Source: Verrucomicrobiota bacterium
GTDB taxonomy: Bacteria; Verrucomicrobiota; Verrucomicrobiia; Limisphaerales; J093
DNA: 64,000 nucleotides
NCBI GenBank assembly: GCA_016716505.1
Contig: JADJWF010000011.1
Coordinates: 786,123 to 850,122 of the forward strand
Direction: 5' to 3'
Part shown: piece after piece, positions 17,765-26,900 of the stretch
Position numbering within the stretch: position 1 is the stretch's first letter
How the letters are laid out: the number at the start of each line of letters is the position of its first letter
Translations under genes and position numbers: made by a program
The notes under the pieces: model-generated
Told to the model about the DNA's origin: nothing
Seen by the model: the letters and a program-made list of their open reading frames with translations, nothing else
Database searches by the model: none

Positions 17765-17800
17765 GTTGGATCGCGAGGGTTCTGTTAGGATGGAGTGTTG

Positions 17801-18679
17801 TTAGTAAGGGTAGGGAAACCAGGTGAAATCGCCCCGCCGGGGGATGCGCGGATTGGGGCGGGACTGGTCCCACAGGTCGTTGCGCCAGCGGACATGGCCG
17901 TCAAGATGCAGCACGTTGCCGCCCAGCCCGTCCCGCCGCCGGGCATGACGCTCGGCAGCCGCCCGCGCATCCTCGGCGGATTGATAACCAGCCAGGCGAA
18001 ACGAGCCTGCCTGTCCGTAGCCCTGACGGGGATCGAGCGTCTGCTCGAAGAGCAAGATGGTCTGTGACGGGGCGGCGGCCCGCGTGAGCTTCAGGAAACT
18101 CGGCTGTAATTCCGCCCCCCAAGGCAGGCCGTAGAGAAAATCGTGGGCGAGGAACGAATTCATCGCATAGCTGTGATAGCCCTCCACGGACGGACGATAA
18201 TCATATTCGGGGTCGGCCAGCGGGCGGGCCGTGGGACAATGCCAGATGCCACTCGCCGGCTTTTGTCCTTCCGGAAAATCGCGCCAGGCCCGCCCTCCCA
18301 AGTAAGGCGGCAACACGTCCACCCAGCCGTGGTCATGCTCGGGAAAGGTGGGCGAACCAAATGCGCCCCGGTCGCGCCGCCGATCATCCGGGTGCGGCAG
18401 AAAGTCGTCGTTGTCGCTCGCATACAACAGTGCCGCCAGCCCCCACTGGCGCAGATGGCCGAGGCACTGCGTCGCCCGGGCCTGGTCCTTCGCCCTGCTC
18501 AACGTCGGCAGCAGCACCCCGGCCAGCACGGCGAGAATGACGATCACCACCAGCAGTTCAATCAGCGTGAAGCCGTCGCACGCGCCTCCTCCCGGGTCGG
18601 GAAATCTGCCCCGTCCGTTATCCTCGCCGGAGGATAACGCCCCGCCAGCACCATCCCTTCCTGTCCGGTTGCGCCTCAT
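17801..18679 (-). CDS. Prepilin-type N-terminal cleavage/methylation domain protein (pseudopilin-like, DUF1559/H-X9-DG-like)
   Basis: Start at MRRNRTG (ATG 18679, ATGA overlap with the ModE-like stop). GFTLIELLVVIVILAVLAGVLLPTLSRAKDQA, and a C-terminal GGNVLHLDGHVRW motif. Confidence 0.8.
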   Translation of the reverse strand: MRRNRTGRDGAGGALSSGEDNGRGRFPDPGGGACDGFTLIELLVVIVILAVLAGVLLPTLSRAKDQARATQCLGHLRQWGLAALLYASDNDDFLPHPDDRRRDRGAFGSPTFPEHDHGWVDVLPPYLGGRAWRDFPEGQKPASGIWHCPTARPLADPEYDYRPSVEGYHSYAMNSFLAHDFLYGLPWGAELQPSFLKLTRAAAPSQTILLFEQTLDPRQGYGQAGSFRLAGYQSAEDARAAAERHARRRDGLGGNVLHLDGHVRWRNDLWDQSRPNPRIPRRGDFTWFPYPY

Positions 18680-19065
18680 GGATTTTCCCTTGATCCGAGT
18701 GTCGGCCGAAGCAGTCGCAGCACCTGCTGTCGAGTGCGCTCGGTGCTGGCTTGCGCCTCTGCCTCCAGTTGCCGATAAAGCGCCAGCACCCGGCGCCCGG
18801 TCTCCGTCAACCCGGTACCGCCGCCAACCGCCCCGCCACGCTTCGAAGCGACCAACGGTGATGCGAAGCGGTGATTCAGGGCTTGGACGTGCAGCCAGGC
18901 CCGGTTGTAGGACATGCTCATCTGACGTGCCGCGCCGGCGATGGAGCCGGTGGCGCCGATGCGGGCGAGTAATTCCACCTTGCCCGGTCCCAGTTCGAAT
19001 GGCTCGCCGAGATGCAGGCGCAACCCGGAGCGGGCTTTCGGTAACGATTCTCGTCGAGCCTTCAT
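18676..19065 (-). CDS. ModE N-terminal-domain-type transcriptional regulator (wHTH only, no Mop/molbindin domains)
   Basis: 129 aa. LLARIGATGSIAGAARQMSMSYNRAWLHVQALN...KRGGAVGGGTGLTETGRRVLALYRQLE parallels the E. coli ModE N-domain (GSISQGAK..GISYKSAW...GGKGGGGA.LT..G..L..LY). Confidence 0.75.
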   Translation of the reverse strand: MKARRESLPKARSGLRLHLGEPFELGPGKVELLARIGATGSIAGAARQMSMSYNRAWLHVQALNHRFASPLVASKRGGAVGGGTGLTETGRRVLALYRQLEAEAQASTERTRQQVLRLLRPTLGSRENP

Positions 19066-19721
19066 GGTTGCAACCGGGACACAATCGTTCGGGCCATTAT
19101 GCGGGACACAGGCGCTTTGGTGTTCCGTCTCGGGGTATGCGGGGGAAGCGTCGTCGGCGCCGCCAAATCATCAGGCGAGTTCCAGTTGGCGAAGGACGCC
19201 CATTCTACCTCCGGAACGTCTCGCACAATGAGCAAACCAGCCTGCTGGCAGAGCTCGGCGAAGCCAGACGCGGCGCGCAACTGCCTCCGGAGCAGATCGA
19301 GTGCGAGGGGCGTGGCCGCTTTGGGATAAATGGCCGCCAACGGCTCGAGCCGTCGGCCGATCCGGGGCACAACGCCCCTGGCTTCTCGACAGTGCCCCGC
19401 CAAATCGCGCAGCGTTGCGCTCGTCATCGCTGGCATGTCCACCGCCAGCACCAAGACCAGCGGAGCCGTGGCCGCCTCCAATCCGGCGGCGATGCCCGCC
19501 AGCGGACCGGCGTCAGGAAACGCATCGCGTAGCACCGGACAAGCCAGCGCACTGTAATCCGTGTCACCCCGACCTGAGATGAAAAGCTCGACCGGGCCAA
19601 GTTCATTCACCACCGCAATCTGCCTTGCCAGCAGCGGCTGGCCGTCGAGCGGCAGCCAGGCTTTGTCGCGCCCCATGCGGCTGGATTTGCCTCCGGCCAG
19701 GATGACGGCACTGAACTTCAT
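19062..19721 (-). CDS. mobA: Molybdenum cofactor guanylyltransferase
   Basis: MKFSAVILAGGKSSRMGRDKAWLPLDGQPLL...GPLAGIAAGL...VLAVDMP. ATGA overlaps at both ends (19062-19065, 19718-19721). Confidence 0.85.
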   Translation of the reverse strand: MKFSAVILAGGKSSRMGRDKAWLPLDGQPLLARQIAVVNELGPVELFISGRGDTDYSALACPVLRDAFPDAGPLAGIAAGLEAATAPLVLVLAVDMPAMTSATLRDLAGHCREARGVVPRIGRRLEPLAAIYPKAATPLALDLLRRQLRAASGFAELCQQAGLLIVRDVPEVEWASFANWNSPDDLAAPTTLPPHTPRRNTKAPVSRIMARTIVSRLQP

Positions 19722-20191
19722 ACGCCCTCGGTGGCATCGCGGCGCAGCACGCCGCTCGTGAGGATGCGGCAGCGCAGGCCGCCGCGGCCCTGCAACCAGG
19801 CCCGCGCGCCCGGTCCCAGCGCCTGATCCATCCAGTCACACGGGCGGCACTCCTCCACGCCGGCGAAGCGAACGCCCTGGATCTTGAATTCCCGGCCGAT
19901 CAGCCGATTGAGGTCCGCGCCCCGCACGAACACGTTGCGCCGCGTCGCCTGTGGTTGCGCGTTCGGCAGATTCAGTTCCCGACGCAACGCCTCCAGCGCT
20001 TCCATCGCGAAAAAGGTGATCTGACCCTTGTAGTCTTCCTTGTGGTCGAAAAAACGGTCGCCCCGGATGCCCCGGCCCGCCACACATTCGATCTGTTCCA
20101 CAGCGGCGATGGGGTGCTCGCCCGCCGGCTGACCATGATGGCCAAAGAAGTTGTGTCCGGGCGAAATGAACAGGTGTTCGATGCGAAACAT
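19718..20191 (-). CDS. MOSC-domain protein
   Basis: Start at MFRIEHLFISPGHNFFGHHG (ATG 20191), 157 aa, with VEECRPCDWMD (the conserved MOSC Cys). Confidence 0.8.
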   Translation of the reverse strand: MFRIEHLFISPGHNFFGHHGQPAGEHPIAAVEQIECVAGRGIRGDRFFDHKEDYKGQITFFAMEALEALRRELNLPNAQPQATRRNVFVRGADLNRLIGREFKIQGVRFAGVEECRPCDWMDQALGPGARAWLQGRGGLRCRILTSGVLRRDATEGV

Positions 20192-20199
20192 GACGAAGA

Positions 20200-21135
20200 T
20201 CAACCACCAGCAACAGCCGGGGCTGGTTCGGACGGAGACGCGGCTTGATACGTCTCCAGACAGCGATTGCAGAGGCCCTGGTCCGGAAGCCACGCGGGAA
20301 ACTCAGCGGCGATGCGTTGGCGGATTTCCAACGCCAGCGTGCGGGTGTCCGCCCAGTGGAACGTTGGAAAGTCACACAGTGGACACGGCGCGCCCGGCGC
20401 GGGCCGATGGGCGTCGCGCAACCCGCGAGGGTCGGCGATCAGCGCGAGGATGTCGGTCTGGCGCGGGGTTGGGTTTTGCCACAAGGAGGCGAAGGTTGCC
20501 GCCTGTCGTGCCTCCGGCCAGAAGGAATAGCCGCGCGCGAACGCGGCAGCGTGCTGCTCGCGCGGTTGGAGCGGCACGTGGCCGGCGGCGGCGAGGCGGC
20601 CGTCAATCGTGATGTCCCAAAGCAGGCGGTAACGCTCGCGCGCCAGCCGGATTTGAGCGGCGTTCAAGCCGGGCAGATCGAGCGCGGGCGAGTAGCCGAA
20701 AACCGGATCGAGCATGTCGTGTAGATGCATGAACTCGTGGCGAAGGAAGTCCCGCAGTGTGGCGTGATTCGTCAGGCGCTCGGTCTTCAGCGCCAGCAGG
20801 CCGGTGCGCTGGCCGGCCTCGTTGACGTAGAGTTCCGCGCCCTCATCGTTCTTGCCCGTGCTTTTGCGCACGGCCAGGACGGCAAGCCGTTCGCGCACGA
20901 GCGGAAACTCATTGAGCACGTCCGTCAATGGCTGCTCCAGTCCCCATTCGCGAAACCAGTCGAGGTGCAGCTTGAAGAACGCAGCATTGCGCTCGTCGGG
21001 ATCAAGGATGCTGTAGAGCTGCTCACGTTTGCGGTGGAAGCGGGTGATTTGCAGCGGTGGCACGCCGCTGCGCCGGCCGCTGGCGCAGAGAAACACGGCC
21101 GCTTCAAGAAAATCGTCGTCGTAGCGCAGTTGCAT
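20200..21135 (-). CDS. Hypothetical protein with an HExxH motif and a C-terminal double-CxxC (zinc-ribbon-like)
   Basis: 311 aa. LRDFLRHEFMHLHDMLDP, and C-terminal CPLCDF...CNRCLETY. It starts 3 nt after the TorD-like stop and ends 8 nt before the MOSC start. I recognise no family. Confidence 0.6.
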   Translation of the reverse strand: MQLRYDDDFLEAAVFLCASGRRSGVPPLQITRFHRKREQLYSILDPDERNAAFFKLHLDWFREWGLEQPLTDVLNEFPLVRERLAVLAVRKSTGKNDEGAELYVNEAGQRTGLLALKTERLTNHATLRDFLRHEFMHLHDMLDPVFGYSPALDLPGLNAAQIRLARERYRLLWDITIDGRLAAAGHVPLQPREQHAAAFARGYSFWPEARQAATFASLWQNPTPRQTDILALIADPRGLRDAHRPAPGAPCPLCDFPTFHWADTRTLALEIRQRIAAEFPAWLPDQGLCNRCLETYQAASPSEPAPAVAGG

Positions 21136-21138
21136 GGA

Positions 21139-21927
21139 TCAGGCCGTGGCCAGCGCGCCGGGCGGCAGATTCGTGATGCCGCAGGAGTCGCACATCCGCT
21201 CGGCCGCGTCGTCCACGGGGCGGAGCAGCAGGTCCTCGCTGCCGGGGGTGACGCCGAATCGGACACATTCTGATTCGATGAACGCGCGGGTGAACTCGGC
21301 GAGCGCCCGGAGCGTCGGCTCATGGGTCGCAGCGGCGAGGCGGCGCGTGAAGGCGGGTGTCCAGCGGCCCAGATGTTCGCGCAGGAATTTCCTCTGCGCG
21401 TCCCGGCATTGCGCGAGCTGTTCGCCGTCGAGTTGATGTTCCAGCGCGTAGGCTTCCTTGGCGGCGAGCACGCATAGGAATTCCAGTTCGAGGCAGATGT
21501 GGTCGTGGCGCTCGCCGGCGTCTTCGGCGACTTCGAGGCCGAAGGCGCGATAGAACGCGGCGAGGTCGGCCAGACGATGCGGTTGGAAGAGCGGGTCGGC
21601 CTTGAGGTCGCCGTATTCGATTTCGTTGAGTGGACACGAGCCGCGCGCGGCGTGGCCGAAGGTCGCGAGGTAGGAATCGTGGAATCGCGTAGCCGCGTCT
21701 CGGGAGAGCGCCGCTGATAATTTATGAAGCGAGTCCATCAGTGAATCGGCTTGCATGGCGGTGCTCTGCCGAGACGTCGCTATGACCGCAGTGGCCGTCC
21801 GCAAGCTGTCGTGTGTGGTGGCGTCGCAAAGCCAGGCCCAACCTTCGGGGGTATGGTCTTCGTAAGCTTTCGCGAGAAAGCGATGGAGGAACGAGCGGGC
21901 GATGGCGAGGTCAATGGAAGCCTGCAA
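21139..21927 (-). CDS. TorD/NarJ/DmsD-family redox-enzyme maturation chaperone (delta subunit)
   Basis: LAIARSFLHRFLAKAYEDH...PLNEIEYGDLKADPLF...LAAFYRAFGLEVAEDAGERHDHICLELEFLCVLAAKE. The start is uncertain: TTG 21927 just after the REP, or ATG 22113, which would read through the REP. The first 211 codons of track ORF 21139..22746 overlap the beta-subunit gene out of frame. Confidence 0.75.
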   Translation of the reverse strand: MQASIDLAIARSFLHRFLAKAYEDHTPEGWAWLCDATTHDSLRTATAVIATSRQSTAMQADSLMDSLHKLSAALSRDAATRFHDSYLATFGHAARGSCPLNEIEYGDLKADPLFQPHRLADLAAFYRAFGLEVAEDAGERHDHICLELEFLCVLAAKEAYALEHQLDGEQLAQCRDAQRKFLREHLGRWTPAFTRRLAAATHEPTLRALAEFTRAFIESECVRFGVTPGSEDLLLRPVDDAAERMCDSCGITNLPPGALATA

Positions 21928-22000
21928 CGGAGCGCCGGTTTCCAACCCGGCGCGTGGATTCCTATTCTCGGAACTCGCCGGGTCGGAGACCGGCGCTCCG
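21928..22000. repeat. REP-A variant (about 73 bp) between the beta-subunit and chaperone genes
   Basis: CGGAGCGCCGGTTTCCAACCCGGCG ... CGCCGGGTCGGAGACCGGCGCTCCG (terminal inverted repeats, each holding a GCCGG..CCGGC hairpin). Confidence 0.7.
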
Positions 22001-22096
22001 TCGGCACGGTAGTTCCCAAACACCGAACGCCTCGGCGTGTCGGTGCGGGCGGCCCACTCGCCGCTCCTCACTCCGCGCTCCGCATTCCGCACTTGT

Positions 22097-23368
22097 TCAG
22101 ATGGAGTTGGCATGTTTGGCGTCCCGCACGTGCAACGGTTCTTCCACGGTGGTTTCGATGATCTTCGTGCCGTCCTTCGCGTAGCCGATGATGGTGTCGT
22201 TGTAGAGGGCGAACTTTTTGCCGCGCACCTCGGTCTCGAACACCTTCGGGCCTTCCTTGATTTCGTAGCGGTGGCAGATGCGCTGGTCCTTGCCGAAGAG
22301 TTGCAGCACGGCGAGAAGTTCGCGGTCAGGCGCGGAGTATTTCTCGATGGCGTCGTCCACGCCCGGGCCGAACATCTGGCGCAGATACGGACGCGACACC
22401 CAGCGCGGCGGGATGTAATAGCCGTTGGGCTCAGTGCCGAATTGCGGGTAGAGCGGCAGCGCGACTTTGGCGACGTGGATGAGGTAATAGAGCGGATTGT
22501 TCCGCGCTTCCTTCCATGTGCCGTCCTTGTTGAGTTCGATAAGACCTTGAAGACGAATATGGCCAATACATGCAGCCATGCAGCGGGTCTGCATCGGGAG
22601 ACTGCCGCCAGCCTGGTCGCGGCCTTCGACACGCGGGTAACAGGCGATGCACTTTTCGCTGGTGCGCGTCGTCCCGCGATACAGGGTCTTCTTGTAGGGG
22701 CAGGCTTCCATGCACTTGCGGTAGCCGCGGCAGCGTTCCTGGTCAATCAACACGATGCCGTCCTCGGGCCGCTTGTAGATGGCGTTGCGCGGACAGGCGG
22801 CCAGGCAGGCAGGATAGCTGCAATGATTGCAGATGCGGGCGAGGTAGAAGAACCACGTCTTGTGCTCGGGCAACAGTTCGCCACCCTTGAAGTATTGGCC
22901 TTTCACGCCCTTCTCGTTGCCGACCGGATGATCCTCGTAGCGGTTGGGCGCGGACCATTCTTCGTCGGTGGGCAGATAGCCAAGCGCGCGATTCGCGCCT
23001 TCCGGACCGAGGAAGGTTTTCGCCGCTTCGAAAATCGTTTTGCCGTTGAACTTGCCGTAGGGGGCTTTGACGTCCTCGGGCTTGCCGCCCCAGTTTTGGC
23101 CGCCGGGATTGGCCTGCTCGAGCAGGTCGAGCGTCTTCACGTCCCAATGGTGCGGGTAGCCGCCGTAGGGTTTGGTTTCGACGTTGTTCCACCACATGTA
23201 TTCCTGGCCCTTGGCGAAAGTCCAGGTGGACTTGCAGGCCATGGTGCAGGTCTGGCAACCGATGCAGCGGTTGATGTTGAAGATGAAGGCGAACTGCTGG
23301 TCGGGAAACGCCGCCTCGTAGGGGTAATCCATCTCGCGCCCCAGTTGCCAGTTGAAGACGTTGCTCAT
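22097..23368 (-). CDS. Type II DMSO-reductase-family beta subunit (4 Fe-S clusters), NxrB/NarH-like
   Basis: 423 aa. MSNVFNWQLGREMDYPY...FIFNINRCIGCQTCTMACKSTWTF...MWWNNVETKPYGGYP. Further Cys groups CNHCSYPACLAACP, CRGYRKCMEACP and CIACYPR. No signal peptide, so it would hitch-hike on the alpha subunit. Confidence 0.9.
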   Translation of the reverse strand: MSNVFNWQLGREMDYPYEAAFPDQQFAFIFNINRCIGCQTCTMACKSTWTFAKGQEYMWWNNVETKPYGGYPHHWDVKTLDLLEQANPGGQNWGGKPEDVKAPYGKFNGKTIFEAAKTFLGPEGANRALGYLPTDEEWSAPNRYEDHPVGNEKGVKGQYFKGGELLPEHKTWFFYLARICNHCSYPACLAACPRNAIYKRPEDGIVLIDQERCRGYRKCMEACPYKKTLYRGTTRTSEKCIACYPRVEGRDQAGGSLPMQTRCMAACIGHIRLQGLIELNKDGTWKEARNNPLYYLIHVAKVALPLYPQFGTEPNGYYIPPRWVSRPYLRQMFGPGVDDAIEKYSAPDRELLAVLQLFGKDQRICHRYEIKEGPKVFETEVRGKKFALYNDTIIGYAKDGTKIIETTVEEPLHVRDAKHANSI

Positions 23369-23410
23369 GTTCGTGAAGGGTTGAGTCGTTGAAGAATTTC
23401 AGGGTCGCGG

Positions 23411-23863
23411 TCAGACGGTGAATTTGGGAGCGGGCGCGCCGGTGGGGTCGGTGGGTTGTGTAGCGCAGGCTTCCGAGCCTGCTGTGTCGCGGGTTGCCAA
23501 ACCCGCCTGCGCCCCGGCGTTGTCACGCTCTGCCGATTTGGAAATCGGCGATACAGCAGACTTGGAAGTCTGCGCTACCTCGCTTCCGCCGGCCACAGGC
23601 CATTCTATTTTCCTGCCCGAGCGCGCAAACACCTCGGCGATCAGGTCGCGGATGAATGGCTCGCCGCGTTTTTCGAGCGCCATGTGCGGGCCGAGGTAAT
23701 GCGGGTTGCGGAACAACGCAAGCACCTGCTTGTGGCCGTAGCCCATCCGCATGAACTCCTCGATGAACGTCTCGGCCATGTCGTTGGTCGTGTCTTCATG
23801 CGTCATGAACGCCATGCCGTTCAGTTCAAACGGGTCTTCAAAATCGAATTCGTCTTTGGGCAT
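23411..23863 (-). CDS. Small hypothetical protein between the alpha and beta subunits; the 3' third of the ORF is REP-derived
   Basis: MPKDEFDFEDPFELNGMAFMTHEDTTNDMAETFIEEFMRMGYGHKQVLALFRNPHYLGPHMALEKRGEPFIRDLIAEVFARSGRK looks protein-like. From about aa 96 the frame runs through REP 23460-23578 (VAQTSKSAVSPISKSAE...). Confidence 0.5.
   Translation of the reverse strand: MPKDEFDFEDPFELNGMAFMTHEDTTNDMAETFIEEFMRMGYGHKQVLALFRNPHYLGPHMALEKRGEPFIRDLIAEVFARSGRKIEWPVAGGSEVAQTSKSAVSPISKSAERDNAGAQAGLATRDTAGSEACATQPTDPTGAPAPKFTV
23460..23578. repeat. REP-A cluster 4 (about 119 bp)
   Basis: GTAGCGCAGGCTTCCGAGCCTGCTGT, GCGGGTTGCCAAACCCGC, GCCGATTTGGAAATCGGC, ACAGCAGACTTGGAAGTCTGCGCTAC. Confidence 0.85.
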
Positions 23864-23957
23864 ACGTGATTTCCCGATGGCAGCCGACCTGAGGAGGCTC
23901 GAACTTTTGCCACGAAGGAGAAGTGAGCCTCCCTGCGCCGGCGGCTACGAAATATTC

Positions 23958-26900
23958 TCACTCAAACGTTTCTCCGCCGCCGCCTTCGCCTTTGCCCACG
24001 AAGTTGCCGGCGAGGTATTTCTTCATCTTGTCGTTCTCGGCGTCGGGGGACATGCCGTTGAGGCCGGGCTTCCACGGGCCTTTGCCGCCCAGACCGCCGT
24101 CCTCGGCCTTGGTCACACGGACCAGACATTCCTTCGGCACGGTGTTGACGGCGTGGTTGTCGGCCTCGCCGCCGAAGATGAACGCCATCGCCACCTTGGC
24201 CTTGTGAAACAGCGTATCGGTCTGGTGCATCGGCATGTGCCAGTTGCGCGTGACGGATTGCTGCGAGCCGAAGCGGAAGTTCGAGATGTAACCTTCCTCG
24301 GTGAGCGACAGGCCGTCGGGCCGCGTCTGCTGGGCCTTCACGGTCTTCTCCGTCGCGATGAACGAGCCGTGTTTCATCATCACGACGTTGTAGGGATAGG
24401 CGGCGTTGTAAGTCAGCCGCAGCATGAGGCGGCTGACCTTGTAGAACGGATCGCTCGGCGTCGCGCCGAGATACGGGCGGTCGGCGGGATTGGCGTCCAC
24501 ATAGACGTAATCGCCATCGGCGAGGCCGAGGTCGCGCGCGGCCTGCGGGTTCATGTGGAGCTGATGCTCGCCCACGTTGGGCAGGCGTTTGTCCACGCGA
24601 TACGGATCGCCGAAGTTTGAGTTCCAGATGAGGTGCCAGTCCACGTTGGCCCACGACGAATGGACGCTGTGGCGCGACTTGGGCGTGAGGCAGTAGAACT
24701 GGAATCCCTTTTCCCAGAGGAAATTCTTCGTCTTCTTCACCTCGGGCCACGGTAGCTTCACGTTGCGCACGGTGCGTTCGTCCCAATGCTCGGCGTCGAG
24801 CGGGATGCCGTAATCGTTCGGGCGCACGAGCGGATTCGAACTGACGATCACGTTCGGCAGATACGGCGTCGCCTCCGGGCCTTCGCGGTGGACGATGAAG
24901 TTCTCGCCGCACGCGAGCGCGGTGGGGTCGTCGGTGTAACTGTGCAGGCGGCCCGTGTCGGTGTAGAACGGGTAGTTGTCGTGGACCTGTTCGTAGAACG
25001 GGATGCGCGGGTAGCTGCGGAAGAGCATGAGCGCACCGCCGGGCGGGCCGTATTTGCCAGCCATGATGTCTTCCACTTTGTAGCCAGCGGTGGTGGTCGA
25101 GGTGTCGAGCAGGCGCTGGAGATAGACCTTGCGCTGGCCGGTCAGCTCGAAGTGGAAGTAGTCGCGGAAGCGTTGGTCGCCGGTGACCTTGCCGAGCGCG
25201 GCGGCGATGCCGGCCAGGATGGACAGGTCATCCTTCGAGTCGTAGAGCGGTTTGATGCCGCCCTTCCAGATTTGCAGGAAGGGGTTGGAACAACTGGCGG
25301 TGACTTCGAGGTCCTGGAACTCGACCCACGAATTGGCCGGCAGGCCGAAGTCGGAATACTCGACGCTGGCGGTCATCTGGGTTTCGAGCGTGACGATGAG
25401 TTCGACGTTGGGGTTGACGTTCTTGATGACGCCGTAAGCCCATTTGGCGTTGTTGATCAGGTTCACGTTGGTCGTGAAGATCGCCTTGGTGGGCGTGGGC
25501 ATGTGGGTCTTGCCGGTGAAGTTCTTCCGTCCCTCTTTCGGCGTGTTGACGATGAGCGGGCGGTCGCCATGATTCCAATAGGCCGGCTCTTCGTCCTTGG
25601 TGTAACCGTGGGCGTGAACGTCGCGGCCGTGGGCCTTGGGATCGAGGTTCGGCGCAAAGGGGTCTTCCGCCACCCAGCCCTTGAAGCCCGGGCCGGTGAG
25701 TTTGCTGCCCTGGAAGAGCGCGGCCTTGTAGTTGCCGGCCCAGTGGTAGCAACCCGCGCCCGGCTTGCCGATGTTGCCGGTGAGCAGCAGCGGCAGGTGG
25801 GCCGCGCGGTTGGCCTCGGTGGCGTGAAACCAGTGCGCGATGCCCTCGCCCTGGTGGATCGCCGCGGGCTGGATGGTGGCGAGGTCTTTGGCGAGCCGCT
25901 CGATCAAGTCCTTGGGCGCGCTGGTGATTTCCGAGACGGTGTCGAGGTCGTAGTCCTTGAGGTGGACCTGGTAGAGATTCCACGAGGTGGCGACTTCCAC
26001 TTCCGAGCCGTCGGCCAGTTTCACGCGGCCACGGAAATCGAGCTGCGGATCAATGCTGGCCCGGGCCATCGTCGCGCCGACCATGTCGCGGGTGAGGGCC
26101 TTCGGTGAATTCGTCATGGCGTCCCAAACGACGAAGTCGCCGAGTTTCTGGTGCTGCTCGTCGGTGAGGCCCTGCACTTTCTTGCTCGGGCCGTCGTCGG
26201 CGAGGCGGCTGGTGTAGTTGGGGAACACCTCCGCCGCGCGCAGGCGCTTGAGGTTGTCGGTGCGGATGAGCAGCGGGAAATCGGTGAACTGCTTCACGAA
26301 CGCCTCGTCATACCACTTGTTCTCGATCATCACGCGGGTGACGCCGAGCCAGAGGGCGGCGTCGGTGGCGGGGCGGACGGGGATCCAGTAATCGGCCTTG
26401 GTCGAGGGCGCGCCGTATTCGGGGGCGATGACGACGATCTTGCAGCCGCGTTCCATGGCTTCGACGAACCAGTGCGCGTCGGTGAGCTTGTTCTCGACCA
26501 GGTTCTTGCCGTTCATGACGAGCAGCTTGGAGGTGCGCAGGTCGTTGAAGTCGCAATCGGCGTTTTGCAGGCCATGCACCCACGGCTGGCCGGGGGCTTG
26601 ATCGCCGTGCCAGGTGTAATTGGACCAGTTGCGGCCGGCTTTGGCTTCCTCGGGCTTGACGCCGCGCACGTGAACGTCGAGCAGGGCGAGGGAATTGCAC
26701 AGACGATACATGCCGTATTTGCCGAGCACGCCGAGCAGGCCCATGCCGCCGCGCATCTTGATGGTGCGCGTGCCCGCGCCGCCCATTTCCTGAATCATCT
26801 CCGGCTCGTAGCCCTGTTCGGCCAGCAGCTTCGCGCCGGCCTCGCCGGAGTAACGCTTGGCGATGGCCATGGTGGCGCGGGCGATGTAATCGAAGGCTTG

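Noticed and set aside
16830-19084. N-terminal extensions of track ORFs 16287..17873 (528 aa) and 17801..19084 (427 aa).
   Set aside because: The extensions overlap the neighbouring genes (DNRLRE-like, ModE-like) out of frame and are Arg/Pro-rich. Internal ATGs that form ATGA overlaps with the upstream stops give sensible proteins.
21139-22746. The 535-aa ORF taken as a single protein.
   Set aside because: Its first 211 codons overlap the beta-subunit gene in another frame and are Ser/Arg/Thr-rich junk. Only the C-terminal 263-324 aa (TorD-like) are credible.
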